Shown in pieces: positions 8,923 to 18,458 of a DNA stretch of 64,000 bases. The stretch lies in contig JASKLF010000002.1 in NCBI GenBank assembly GCA_030153785.1, positions 118,683 through 182,682 on the forward strand, in the 5' to 3' direction. Below the pieces are notes generated by a model, which was given only the letters and a program-made list of their open reading frames with translations, searched no databases and was not told where the DNA came from. The stretch comes from a bacterium. GTDB lineage: Bacteria > Synergistota > GBS-1. Position 1 is the stretch's first letter. Each line of letters begins with the position of its first letter. Made by a program: the position numbers and the translations under genes.

Positions 8923-11079
8923 CTACTCCACAAAAATTTCTATTCTATCACCATCTTTTATAGGAGTTGTGAACCCTGCTTCTTCCCCATTAACTCTCAT
9001 CTTTACATATCCCTTTTTCCCTTTTAGCACTTCTTCTATAGGATAGTACTCAAACACATGAGATAGAATCGGATATTCGGAATAATTTTCCCTAATCTCT
9101 AATTTTGCTCCATCGTAAAGAAGGTCATCAAGAGAAGCCGAACGACCATCTAATGAGATATTAAAACCGCCCCATGTTATCTCAAGAAGCCTCTCATTCA
9201 CATATACCTTCATTTTCCTAAGCTCAACGTTAGGAAGCACATCTTTAACTCTATAAGAAACCTCTTTTAAATCGAAAAGGTCTATTCTATCGCCATCCTT
9301 AATTGGAGCATCTAATGAGGCCAAACTACCATTAACTAATATCCTGCCATCCCACAATGGCAGGACCTTTTCCTCCCCATTGATTAAAACCTTTATTTCA
9401 TAAGGAAAAGGAAGTGCTCCGACCCGCTTCAAAGCCTCTCTGACGGTTTTAACTTGAACAACTTCCACCTTGGCTCTATCATAAAGAGGAGCCTTAAGCG
9501 GAAGTTTCTTCCCATCAACGAAGACCTCGGGGAAAAACTCATGCATTTTACCATTTATAAACAACCGAATGGGAGAAAGCTCTCCCACCACATCTTTAAC
9601 GGAAGCAAAAGCTGCCTTTCCGGGACGGGCTCTTCTCACAGTTATTCTATCGCCGTGCTTTATTGGAAAATCTATATTAACTTCCTCTCCATTAACTGTT
9701 ATCTTTGCAGGTTCTCCCAGCTCTCCTCTTATAATCTTTATTTCGCCATTAACCTCAATAGTTAAGGCCATACCGGGACGAGGCCTAAGCTCCTCCTGAG
9801 TTATCCCCATTGGGATCAAGGCATCCAAAACCTTCAGCTCCCCAGTTAGAGAAACAAGGCGTATCATTTCATCATTTACCCACACGTCGATGAACTTGAA
9901 TCCCCCGCCCTTCTTTGCAACAAGGGCAATTCCTAAGGGGGTAACCATCTCCGGACCTTTTAATTTACCTGTGAGGTCTTCTACACCTTTAAGAAACTCC
10001 ACGCCTCTAACTCTAACCCTATTCCTCTCTATTCCCAGAAACTCAGACAATTTAACATCAAATAAGGGGACTTTACTACCACCACCAACGCATATCACCG
10101 CCTGTGGAGGAGAAGAATTAAGTTCGAGTATCTTCTCTGAAAGCAGTTTGGCATGTCTTTCAACCTCTGGTTCTATGACCTTTATAAGCTCCTCCCTCTC
10201 AATCCGATATACATTTCCCAATATATCCTCGAACTCCAGAACAGCGATATCCTCACTTAAAGATCTTTTCACTCTCTCGGCCACATTAAAATCAAGCAAA
10301 AACTTTTCACAAAGCCTTTCAGTTATCTCATCGCCAGCCACGGGAACCATACCATATGCAACCACGCTTCCTCCCTTAGTTATAGCTATATCCATAGTTC
10401 CCGCTCCAACATCTACCAAGGCCAAATTCAACATCCTCATATCAGGCGGAACTACAACCTCTATGGCAGCTATAGGTTCAAGAGTTATGCTAGAGAGCTT
10501 AAGCCCTGCTCTTCTTAAGACTGAAAGCATGCTGTCAAGAACCACTCTTGGCAAAAAAGTAGCAAGGACTTCAACACCCGCCTTCCTCCCTCTCTGTCCA
10601 ACAAGGTTTCTTATAATATCACCATCAAGGATGTATTTAACAACACTATAGCCAACACAATGAAATTCCTCGTCAGAATCAGATTCCTCTCTAAGCGTTT
10701 TAAGGGCATTCTGAAGAGCTTGAAGCTCCAATTCCCTCACAAGCTCCTCCTCTATATCTTCGGAAATATCGAGAGGGATTTCTGCAACTCCTCTCCTAGT
10801 TTTTAAAGCCCTACCAGCAAGAGCCACACTCACATCACTTAGCTTAGTTCCATATTCTCTTTCAAGATTCTCCTTTATTCTGGAAACCACCTTTGCAACT
10901 TGAGCAACATCATGAATTTGCCCATCTAACATAGAACGCGTTTTATGCTCTTCAAAAACTAAGTGTTTAACCCTAAGTAAATCTTCTTCATCCACCGGTT
11001 CAACTATAAGCCCAACCACATTTCTCGTACCTATGTCCAATGCAAAGATATCTTTCTCTTTGTTTCTGCCTCTCCCCAT
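8923..11079 (-). CDS. FtsA/PilM-like actin-fold ATPase with C-terminal beta-grasp (ThiS/MoaD-like) repeats
   Basis: ALDIGTRNV, LEPIAAI, LVDVGAGTMD, CVGGGSK; five C-terminal repeats of the type VNG-x8-IKDGDRI. Confidence 0.85.
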   Translation of the reverse strand: MGRGRNKEKDIFALDIGTRNVVGLIVEPVDEEDLLRVKHLVFEEHKTRSMLDGQIHDVAQVAKVVSRIKENLEREYGTKLSDVSVALAGRALKTRRGVAEIPLDISEDIEEELVRELELQALQNALKTLREESDSDEEFHCVGYSVVKYILDGDIIRNLVGQRGRKAGVEVLATFLPRVVLDSMLSVLRRAGLKLSSITLEPIAAIEVVVPPDMRMLNLALVDVGAGTMDIAITKGGSVVAYGMVPVAGDEITERLCEKFLLDFNVAERVKRSLSEDIAVLEFEDILGNVYRIEREELIKVIEPEVERHAKLLSEKILELNSSPPQAVICVGGGSKVPLFDVKLSEFLGIERNRVRVRGVEFLKGVEDLTGKLKGPEMVTPLGIALVAKKGGGFKFIDVWVNDEMIRLVSLTGELKVLDALIPMGITQEELRPRPGMALTIEVNGEIKIIRGELGEPAKITVNGEEVNIDFPIKHGDRITVRRARPGKAAFASVKDVVGELSPIRLFINGKMHEFFPEVFVDGKKLPLKAPLYDRAKVEVVQVKTVREALKRVGALPFPYEIKVLINGEEKVLPLWDGRILVNGSLASLDAPIKDGDRIDLFDLKEVSYRVKDVLPNVELRKMKVYVNERLLEITWGGFNISLDGRSASLDDLLYDGAKLEIRENYSEYPILSHVFEYYPIEEVLKGKKGYVKMRVNGEEAGFTTPIKDGDRIEIFVE

Positions 11080-11089
11080 ATTTCAAACT

Positions 11090-13426
11090 TCAGCCCCTTT
11101 CAAAATAAACTATTGTAACTCCTTGACCTCCCTCAGCTTCATCTCCAAACCTGAAGTCCTTAACATAGGGTAGCTCTTTAAGAAGATCCCACACCATTTT
11201 CCGCAAAACCCCTTCCCCCTTTCCATGAACTATCTTAACCTGAGGGTAACCTTTCAGAAAAGCTCTATCCAGAAATTTCAAAACCTCATCTCTCGCTTCT
11301 TCAACCTTCATTTTTCTTATAGAGAGCTCATAAGGAACTTCCTCAACGTCATAAGTTATCGTTCTACCTAAATCTTCCACAGCTTCCGTCTGGGATATTC
11401 CCTCTCCGCTTATTTCGTCCTTAGATAGGAAAACCCTGAAATATCCTATACGGAGAGCAACCTCCTCATCTTCGGGAAATATCTCCTCAACCTCTCCCCA
11501 CTGACCAAACTTTGGAACGTAAACTCGGTCACCTACTTTTAAAAACTTAACGCTTTTCAGTGGCTCGAACATTAAAGGTTTTTCTTCCCATATTCTTTCA
11601 GAAAATTCCTTTATTTTACTTTTGGCTTCAGCATAGCTCTTAATATCTCTTCTGGCGCTTTCGAGAACCTTCTTTAACTCTTTTTCAGCGTCCCTTATCA
11701 TTCTATTCGCCTTTAGCTTAGCCGAGCTAAGTATCTTATCTTCCCTCTGACGAATTTCCTCAAGCTTTTTCTCATATTTTTCCCTTACCTTTTTGGCTTC
11801 TTCAAGCTCCTCTTTAAGCTTAGATTCTAACAGAGAATAACTCGACCTTTTCGCATGAAGCTCTCTTATAACCCGCTCAACCTCCTCATCTTCATATGAG
11901 ATAAGCTTTGAAGCCTCTTCCAATATCTCATCCATCATGCCCAATCTTTTAGCTATGGCAATAGCGTTACTTGCCCCAGGAATGCCTATAAACAATCTAT
12001 AAGTGGGCTTTAGAGTCTCTATATCAAACTCTACAGAGGCATTTTCTATATCGCTTTCTCTTATAGCATAATACTTCAAAGCAGGATAGTGAGTGGTAAT
12101 TATGGCTTTTGCACCCTTTTTCTTTATGTATTTTAGTATAGCCATGGCGAGCGCTGCACCTTCCTGAGGATCGGTCCCCGCTCCGAGTTCATCAAGCAAC
12201 AATAAAGATTTAGGCGTAACCCGCGGAAGAACTCTGGCTATAGGTTCAATGTGAGAAGAAAAAGTCGAAAGATTTTGAGCTATGCTCTGTTCATCCCCTA
12301 TATCAGCAAATAGGAGATCGAACTCTCCTATAGAAGCTTCTTTAGCAGGTATAGGAAAACCGCTCCAACCCGCAAGAAGCATAAGACCTGCCGTTTTTAA
12401 AGCTACCGTCTTTCCTCCCGTGTTAGGACCAGTGATAACTAGTATATTAAACTTTCTACCAACTTCTATGGTTATAGGAACCGCATCCTTACCTAAGAGA
12501 GGATGTCTAACATCTACAAGTCTTAGAATAGATCTCTTATCCACCTCAGGTATTACTGCCTTTTCTTCCACCATAAAAAGTGCTCGGGCAAAGAGGTCGT
12601 CCAACTCCGCCACAACATCCACATTCTTCTTAAGTTCCAAAGAATGGAGCTGAACCATCTCTCCAAGGGCATAGAGTATCCTATTAACTTCGTTTTCTTC
12701 CTCAGACCTAAGTTCTCTCAATTCATTCTGAAGAGGAAGAATAGAAAGAGGTTCCATAAAGAGGGTTACTCCACTACCAGACAAATCATGAACAATCCCA
12801 GGAAAGAAACTCTTCTTATCCCTCTTAACGGGGATAACAAATCTCCCTTCCCTTATAGTATATATAGGCTCTTGAATAACATCTTCTAACTCTGGAGAAT
12901 GCATAATCTTAATAAGCTCATTTTTTATCTTCTCCTCTAAAAGCCTTATTCTCCTTCTCAACGAAGATAAAAGGGGAGTGGCCTCTGAATCTACTTCACC
13001 TCTTTCGTTTATAGCTTTAGAAATAGCTGAACTAAGATTCTTTAAAGGCGCTAAACTTCTTGCCAAAGAATACAACACAGGAAAATCGGCTTTCTTAACG
13101 AAGAAAAAGTCTCTTATCTTCTCTACCCCTCTGCAAAAATCTCTTATTCTAAGAAGCTCTTCCGGTAATAGCTTCAAGGAAACTTTTAAGTTTTCAAGTA
13201 ACGGCTCCACATCTATGAGGCTACCGGAAAAAGGTGGAATTTCTCCTGAAGAAAGCATTTCATAGGCCTCTCTAAGAAGAGAATGTTCCCTTTCCAGCTC
13301 TTCTTTAGACAAGATTCCCCGGCTTATTAGCCTTCGCCTTCCAACTTCAGTAAATGCTTTCTTGGAAAAGATTTCCTTAAGCTCCATAAATTCGAGAAGT
13401 CTTAGTGTTCTCTTTTCTACTTCCAT
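11090..13426 (-). CDS. mutS2: MutS2 ATPase with KOW and Smr domains
   Basis: ITGPNTGGKT, DIGDEQSIAQNLSTFSSH, LLDELGAGTDP, TTHY, KOW KVGDRVYV, Smr VHGKGEGVLR. Confidence 0.96.
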   Translation of the reverse strand: MEVEKRTLRLLEFMELKEIFSKKAFTEVGRRRLISRGILSKEELEREHSLLREAYEMLSSGEIPPFSGSLIDVEPLLENLKVSLKLLPEELLRIRDFCRGVEKIRDFFFVKKADFPVLYSLARSLAPLKNLSSAISKAINERGEVDSEATPLLSSLRRRIRLLEEKIKNELIKIMHSPELEDVIQEPIYTIREGRFVIPVKRDKKSFFPGIVHDLSGSGVTLFMEPLSILPLQNELRELRSEEENEVNRILYALGEMVQLHSLELKKNVDVVAELDDLFARALFMVEEKAVIPEVDKRSILRLVDVRHPLLGKDAVPITIEVGRKFNILVITGPNTGGKTVALKTAGLMLLAGWSGFPIPAKEASIGEFDLLFADIGDEQSIAQNLSTFSSHIEPIARVLPRVTPKSLLLLDELGAGTDPQEGAALAMAILKYIKKKGAKAIITTHYPALKYYAIRESDIENASVEFDIETLKPTYRLFIGIPGASNAIAIAKRLGMMDEILEEASKLISYEDEEVERVIRELHAKRSSYSLLESKLKEELEEAKKVREKYEKKLEEIRQREDKILSSAKLKANRMIRDAEKELKKVLESARRDIKSYAEAKSKIKEFSERIWEEKPLMFEPLKSVKFLKVGDRVYVPKFGQWGEVEEIFPEDEEVALRIGYFRVFLSKDEISGEGISQTEAVEDLGRTITYDVEEVPYELSIRKMKVEEARDEVLKFLDRAFLKGYPQVKIVHGKGEGVLRKMVWDLLKELPYVKDFRFGDEAEGGQGVTIVYFERG

Positions 13427-13926
13427 TTTAATTTACTCATCATCTCCTTTAAATAAGGTAAGGCATGAGCTTCAAATACCTTATATGCAACGGATTCCCC
13501 TTTTAACTCTTTAAGAATAGGGACATCCGGCAAAAGATAAATACCCCAGAAAAGTATAGAAAGCAGAAGCGCTCCCTCTGCTAAGCCAAAAACTAAACCT
13601 CCTCCTCTATCGAACCAGCCAAGCCATACTTTCTTAAAGAGTTTACTTAAAAAGCCTCCCAAAATGGAAAAAAATACCAGCACTCCTAAAAATATCAAAC
13701 CAAAAGCAACAATCTTAGACAGCGGAGAAATAGAGGGGAATATCCTGGCCAACAAAAGAGACAAATTAGATGAATACTTTAATGAGACACCTAAACCAAC
13801 AACCAAACCAATAATTGCGCATGCTTCCTTTGCTATACCTTTGAACCAGCCTCTAACCGAAAAGAAAAGAAGAATCACCAATGTAAGGAGGTCTAAGAAA
13901 CCAAAACTTAACTTCTCGCCAGACAC
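13417..13926 (-). CDS. cvpA: CvpA family (colicin V production) membrane protein
   Basis: LDLLTLVILLFFSVRGWFKG, WFDRGGGLVFG; zapA-cvpA-mutS2 synteny. Confidence 0.88.
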   Translation of the reverse strand: MSGEKLSFGFLDLLTLVILLFFSVRGWFKGIAKEACAIIGLVVGLGVSLKYSSNLSLLLARIFPSISPLSKIVAFGLIFLGVLVFFSILGGFLSKLFKKVWLGWFDRGGGLVFGLAEGALLLSILFWGIYLLPDVPILKELKGESVAYKVFEAHALPYLKEMMSKLKWK

Positions 13927-14159
13927 TCCTCCACCTTCCTACTAACCTTCATCAACTCAATTTTAAGATCGACAAGCCTTTCTGCAAGAATCAAAGCAGC
14001 CATAAGTACCTTCTCCTTTTCTCCAAGATACGGGTTTTTCCCTTCCACTTCCTGTAATACAGAACTTATCAAAGAAGCAACCTCCTGCAATTTCTCCTCA
14101 GGGCCCTCTCCTTTTATCCAATAGGATTCCCCAAAGATGGTTAGTCTAACTTTAGCCAT
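13908..14159 (-). CDS. zapA: Cell division protein ZapA
   Basis: MAKVRLTIFGESYWIKG...VLMAALILAERL plus coiled coil; ATG at 14159 preferred over the track start. Confidence 0.85.
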   Translation of the reverse strand: MAKVRLTIFGESYWIKGEGPEEKLQEVASLISSVLQEVEGKNPYLGEKEKVLMAALILAERLVDLKIELMKVSRKVEECLARS

Positions 14160-14400
14160 CCCTATCTTCCTTATTAACCACATCCACAAGCTTGCTGAAT
14201 ATCCTCTTTATCCTGTCCTCCATATCTTTCTTTTCGACTAAAAAGCGTTCCCTTTCCTTCTCAAGTTCCTCGTAAAATTTGAGCTTTTCTGTAACCTTAG
14301 CAAGCTCTTCCTTTAGATTTTTATTTTCCTCCTTTAACTTATCAATCAAAGCTATCAAAGAATCTATCTTTTCCTCGAGAGCCCTAAGTTCTTCTAACAA
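14152..14400 (-). CDS. Short coiled-coil protein, ZapB-like
   Basis: Heptad-rich LEEKIDSLIALIDKLKEENKNLKEEL; located between pheT and zapA. Confidence 0.65.
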   Translation of the reverse strand: MLEELRALEEKIDSLIALIDKLKEENKNLKEELAKVTEKLKFYEELEKERERFLVEKKDMEDRIKRIFSKLVDVVNKEDRDG

Positions 14401-14414
14401 CAGCTATTCCCCTC

Positions 14415-16814
14415 CTATCTAACCTTAAAACCTGCTTCCTCCAACTTCTTCCTTACAGCAATATCGATCTCCTCAACTTCACTATCTTTCAAAGTCCTAT
14501 CTTTAGCCCTATAAATAATGGAAAAAGTTAAACTCCTATATCCTTCGGGGACTTGAGGCCCCTGATAAAAATCGAAAACCTTAACATCTTCAACTATATC
14601 GCCACCGACTTCTCTTACTATCGATTCCACCTCAGCAGCCTTTCTACCGAAAGGAACCAAAACGGAAACATCTCTTCTCGTAGAAGGAAATTTAGGAAGC
14701 CCTCTGTATTTTAGCTCCTTAGGAACTATACTGAAGAATTTATCGAGATCTATCTCAGCAGCGTATACCGGCTCAGATATATCAAAGGAAAGGCATACTT
14801 TGGAAGCAATCTCACCAATCCATCCTATCCTATTACCCATAACGAAAATCGAAGCAGATTTGTATTTAGAAAGAAAAGGTAATTCCTCTTCAAGATCCTT
14901 AAATTCTGCAAAAACCTTAAACCCGTCAAAAAGGTTTTCCAATGCACCTTTAAGAGTAAATATGTCCTTCGGAATCTCGTATCCCGTTAATAGGTCCTTT
15001 TCCTTCCCACCCAGCATTATCATTCCAAGCTTCTTAATCTCTATTGGCAATCCCTCAAAAGTGAGCTCCGTTCTAAATACCTTACCAATCTCGAAAAGGG
15101 ATACATCTTTAACTCCCCTTCTATAGTTAACCAGCAAAGCAGAGAAAAGTCCGGGAAGCATAAAAGTCCTCATAACTGATTGATTTTCTTTAAGCGGGTT
15201 AATTAAAGAAACAGCCTCCCTAAAAGTATGGCCTTCAGGAAGTAAAAAACTATCAAAGACCTCAGGGTCAATAAAACTATAGGTTATAACTTCGCTAAAA
15301 CCACTTCCTACAAGTATATCCCTGACTTTCCAATCCAAAATTTGAACCTCATCCAATCCACCTACTTGCGTCTCCCCATGAGGCATTCTCGGTGGTATTT
15401 TAACGTAGCCATAAACGCGAGCTACCTCTTCAATTAAATCTATCTCTCTCTGAATATCCCCCCTGTATGTAGGAACTTCAACTTCCAACAAATCTTCTTT
15501 AAACCTCGAGTTGAACCCCAGAGAGGAAAGAATCGTCACAATCTCATCCTTTTTAAGCTCCGTTCCCAAGATTTTGTTAACCCTTTCAGGTCTCATGATA
15601 ACAAACCATGATTTAAAACTATCCTTACAAACATCAAAATAACCTCTTGAAACCTTACCCAAAGCTAACTTAGAAATAAGATATGCAGCTCTATTAGCAG
15701 CAAACAAGGTGTTTCCTGGATCTACCCTTCTTTCGAACCTATAAGAAGCTTCCGTGGTGATTCCTAAGGAGCGCGCAGTTATCCTAATAGAGGAAGGATT
15801 AAAGAAGGCAGACTCAAGAAAGACATTTTTGGTTCCGCTCCATATTTCTGTGTTTTCACCACCGATAACACCAGCAATACCTATTGGTCTATCAGCATCA
15901 GCTATAACAAGATTATCAGAAGAAAGAACCCTTTCTACCCCATCTATGCAACGAATCTTTTCTCCCTCTCTGGCTCTTCTCACGATAACCTTCTTCCCCC
16001 TGATCAGGTCAAGATCAAAGGCATGAAGCGGCTGTCCAAGCTCTAACATGACGTAATTTGTAATATCAACAACATTGTTTATAGGCCTTAAACCACAGTG
16101 TATCAGTCTCCTTTTCAGCCAGAGAGGACTTTCAGCAACTTTCACTCCTTCTATAACTCTACCAACGTATCTTGGACAAAGCTGATAATCCTCAATCTCT
16201 ACACTAACAAGCTCTTTTATATCCCTTCCTTGCTCCTGAAGGTCGAACTCTGGAAGAAGTCCACGCGGACCTATACCCTTTATCGCAGCTATCTCTCTCG
16301 CTATCCCTATGATACTCAGACAGTCACCCCTGTTAGGCGTTATGCTTACATCCAATATCACATCATCAAGGTCGTAAAGCTCAACCAATGTTTTTCCCTC
16401 TTCCACATCATCTGGTAAAAAGATAATACCCTCCTTTTCACCTATACCAAGCTCCTTCTCGGAAGGAAGAAAAGCGTCAATTTCCTCCCCTGACAACCTG
16501 TAACTCCTAACCACTCCCTTAGAAGGTATAGACACACCAGCAGGGGCAATTATAACCTTCCTACCCTTTTCTAAAGCTTCTTCTCCCTTGTAGAAAGCTT
16601 TATACGATTTCCCCTTTGCAACAAGAGTAACAACGATACCATCCTCAAGTTTTCTAACCTCGGAAAGGGTAACCGATATTAAGCCATCTAATCCGGGATT
16701 GAGATATATTATATCCTCGACCTCAAGGCCCAACATAAGCAATCGCTCAGCTAAAGCTTCCGGAGATAACCCCACATTAACAAATTCATTAAGCCATTTA
16801 AAAGAAATTCTCAT
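14415..16814 (-). CDS. pheT: Phenylalanine-tRNA ligase beta subunit
   Basis: ITPNRGDCLSIIGIARE, NNVVDITNYVMLELGQPLHAFD, ASYRFER, FDX-ACB domain FPSTRRDVS. Confidence 0.98.
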   Translation of the reverse strand: MRISFKWLNEFVNVGLSPEALAERLLMLGLEVEDIIYLNPGLDGLISVTLSEVRKLEDGIVVTLVAKGKSYKAFYKGEEALEKGRKVIIAPAGVSIPSKGVVRSYRLSGEEIDAFLPSEKELGIGEKEGIIFLPDDVEEGKTLVELYDLDDVILDVSITPNRGDCLSIIGIAREIAAIKGIGPRGLLPEFDLQEQGRDIKELVSVEIEDYQLCPRYVGRVIEGVKVAESPLWLKRRLIHCGLRPINNVVDITNYVMLELGQPLHAFDLDLIRGKKVIVRRAREGEKIRCIDGVERVLSSDNLVIADADRPIGIAGVIGGENTEIWSGTKNVFLESAFFNPSSIRITARSLGITTEASYRFERRVDPGNTLFAANRAAYLISKLALGKVSRGYFDVCKDSFKSWFVIMRPERVNKILGTELKKDEIVTILSSLGFNSRFKEDLLEVEVPTYRGDIQREIDLIEEVARVYGYVKIPPRMPHGETQVGGLDEVQILDWKVRDILVGSGFSEVITYSFIDPEVFDSFLLPEGHTFREAVSLINPLKENQSVMRTFMLPGLFSALLVNYRRGVKDVSLFEIGKVFRTELTFEGLPIEIKKLGMIMLGGKEKDLLTGYEIPKDIFTLKGALENLFDGFKVFAEFKDLEEELPFLSKYKSASIFVMGNRIGWIGEIASKVCLSFDISEPVYAAEIDLDKFFSIVPKELKYRGLPKFPSTRRDVSVLVPFGRKAAEVESIVREVGGDIVEDVKVFDFYQGPQVPEGYRSLTFSIIYRAKDRTLKDSEVEEIDIAVRKKLEEAGFKVR

Positions 16815-16826
16815 TCCGCTTCCCCC

Positions 16827-17843
16827 CTAAAATTGTTGCAAGAAACGGAGATCGTTCTCAAAAAATAACCTTATGTCATCTATACCATACTTAAGCATGG
16901 TTATCCTCTCAACTCCAAGACCAAAGGCAAATCCAACATACTTCCCGCTATCATACCCCACAGCTTTAAAAACCTCAGGGTGGACCATTCCCGCTCCTAA
17001 AATTTCAAGCCATCCCGTTCCCTTACAAACCACACAGCTTTCATCTTTTCCACCACATTTCACACACTCAACATCAACTTCCACACTTGGCTCGGTAAAG
17101 GGAAAATAACTCGGTCTGAATCTAATTTTCCGTTTCCCACCAAATATTCTATTGGCAAACTCAGATAAAACTCCCTTAAGGTCTGCAAGTTTTACATCCT
17201 CATCAACAAGAAGCCCTTCAACCTGGTGAAACATTGGAGAGTGTGTAGGGTCAGAATCCCTTCTATAAACTTTACCCGCAGATATGACCCTCAAAGGAGG
17301 TTTCCTTTTCTTCATCGCCCTTATTTGTACTGGAGATGTATGGGTTCGCAAAAGAGCATTGTCAGTTATGTAAAAAGTATCGTGCATATCTCTCGCCGGG
17401 TGATCCTTAGGAATATTCAACGCCTCGAAATTATAGTAATCAAGTTCAATTTCAGGCCCCTCCTCTAAGGAAAAGCCCATGTTCGAGAATATTTCTATTA
17501 TTTCCCTTAAAACTCTGTTTAAAGGGTGCAAACTCCCAATTTTAACGCGTCTTCCCGGAAGAGTAAAATCTACAAACCCCTCAAGCTCCCTCCTAAGCGC
17601 TTCGGCTTCTAAAATTTCCCTCTCCCTTTCCTTTATCTTCCATTCAATCCATTCCTTAAGCTCGTTCAAAAGTCTTCCCCTCTCCCTTCGTTCTTCCGGG
17701 GAGAGATTCTTAAATTCCTTAAAAGCGGCAGTTATTACTCCTTTTCTACCCACATACTTAGCTTTAACCTCATATAGAGTGGGGAGGCTTGAGGCCTCCC
17801 CAATATCCTTAAGGAAATCTTTTTTTACGTAATCCAAATTCAT
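16827..17843 (-). CDS. pheS: Phenylalanine-tRNA ligase alpha subunit
   Basis: HPARDMHDTF, LLRTHTSPVQIR, FHQVEG, FPFTEPS, GFAFGLGVER; ATG at 17843 follows GAGAGGGA. Confidence 0.99.
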   Translation of the reverse strand: MNLDYVKKDFLKDIGEASSLPTLYEVKAKYVGRKGVITAAFKEFKNLSPEERRERGRLLNELKEWIEWKIKEREREILEAEALRRELEGFVDFTLPGRRVKIGSLHPLNRVLREIIEIFSNMGFSLEEGPEIELDYYNFEALNIPKDHPARDMHDTFYITDNALLRTHTSPVQIRAMKKRKPPLRVISAGKVYRRDSDPTHSPMFHQVEGLLVDEDVKLADLKGVLSEFANRIFGGKRKIRFRPSYFPFTEPSVEVDVECVKCGGKDESCVVCKGTGWLEILGAGMVHPEVFKAVGYDSGKYVGFAFGLGVERITMLKYGIDDIRLFFENDLRFLQQF

Positions 17844-17856
17844 TCTCGATCCCTCT

Positions 17857-18216
17857 CTACGCAACCCCAAGGGATTCCTTAGCTACTTTTACAAGCTCCG
17901 AAAAAGAATCTCTGTCGTGAACAGCCAACTCTGCCAACATCTTCCTATTTATAGCTATACCAGCCTTCTTAAGCCCATTGATAAAGCGACTATACGTAAG
18001 ACCCTCTTCCCTCGCAGCTGCATTTATCCTAGCTATCCATAACCTTCTGAAATCTCTCTTCCTTGCTTTTCTGTCTCTATAGGAATAACTTAAAGCCTTA
18101 AGCATTGCTTCATGAGCTCTTCTAAAAACGTTCTTCTTCTGCCCATAGTAACCTTTCGTAAGCTTAAATAGCTTCTTTCTCCTACCTTTGCCAGAGCTTG
18201 CGTTTTTAACCCTCAT
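17857..18216 (-). CDS. rplT: 50S ribosomal protein L20
   Basis: [37 protein letters not shown]. Confidence 0.99.
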   Translation of the reverse strand: MRVKNASSGKGRRKKLFKLTKGYYGQKKNVFRRAHEAMLKALSYSYRDRKARKRDFRRLWIARINAAAREEGLTYSRFINGLKKAGIAINRKMLAELAVHDRDSFSELVKVAKESLGVA

Positions 18217-18251
18217 ATTCTTCACCCCTTTTCAAACAAAACAATCGGTTT

Positions 18252-18443
18252 TTACGCATAGGGAAGCATTTTCTTAACATTAAGAGCATCCCTACCGCTC
18301 AAATAGGCAGACCTTCTAAGATGCCTTTTCCTCTTAGAACTTTTCTTCCTCAAGAGGTGGCTCCTACCTGTTCTCATATACTTGACTTTACCAGTAGCAG
18401 TTAATTTGAATCTACGTGCAATGCTTCTCCGAGTTTTCATCAT
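18252..18443 (-). CDS. rpmI: 50S ribosomal protein L35
   Basis: MKTRRSIARRFKLTATGK...HLLRKKSSKRKRHLR; infC-rpmI-rplT order. Confidence 0.97.
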   Translation of the reverse strand: MMKTRRSIARRFKLTATGKVKYMRTGRSHLLRKKSSKRKRHLRRSAYLSGRDALNVKKMLPYA

Positions 18444-18458
18444 AATTACATCCCTCCT

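Noticed and set aside
9890..10651. 253-aa plus-strand ORF antisense to the FtsA-like gene
   Set aside because: Ser/Thr/Pro-rich shadow translation typical of the reverse frame of a purine-rich gene; no SD and no motifs
8923..11079. Calling the gene ftsA or a ubiquitin-like conjugation system
   Set aside because: No ftsZ/ftsQ context and no amphipathic tail; no terminal Gly-Gly and no E1/E2/JAB genes in the window
13900..13930. 6S RNA expected downstream of zapA
   Set aside because: zapA overlaps cvpA directly, leaving no space for it
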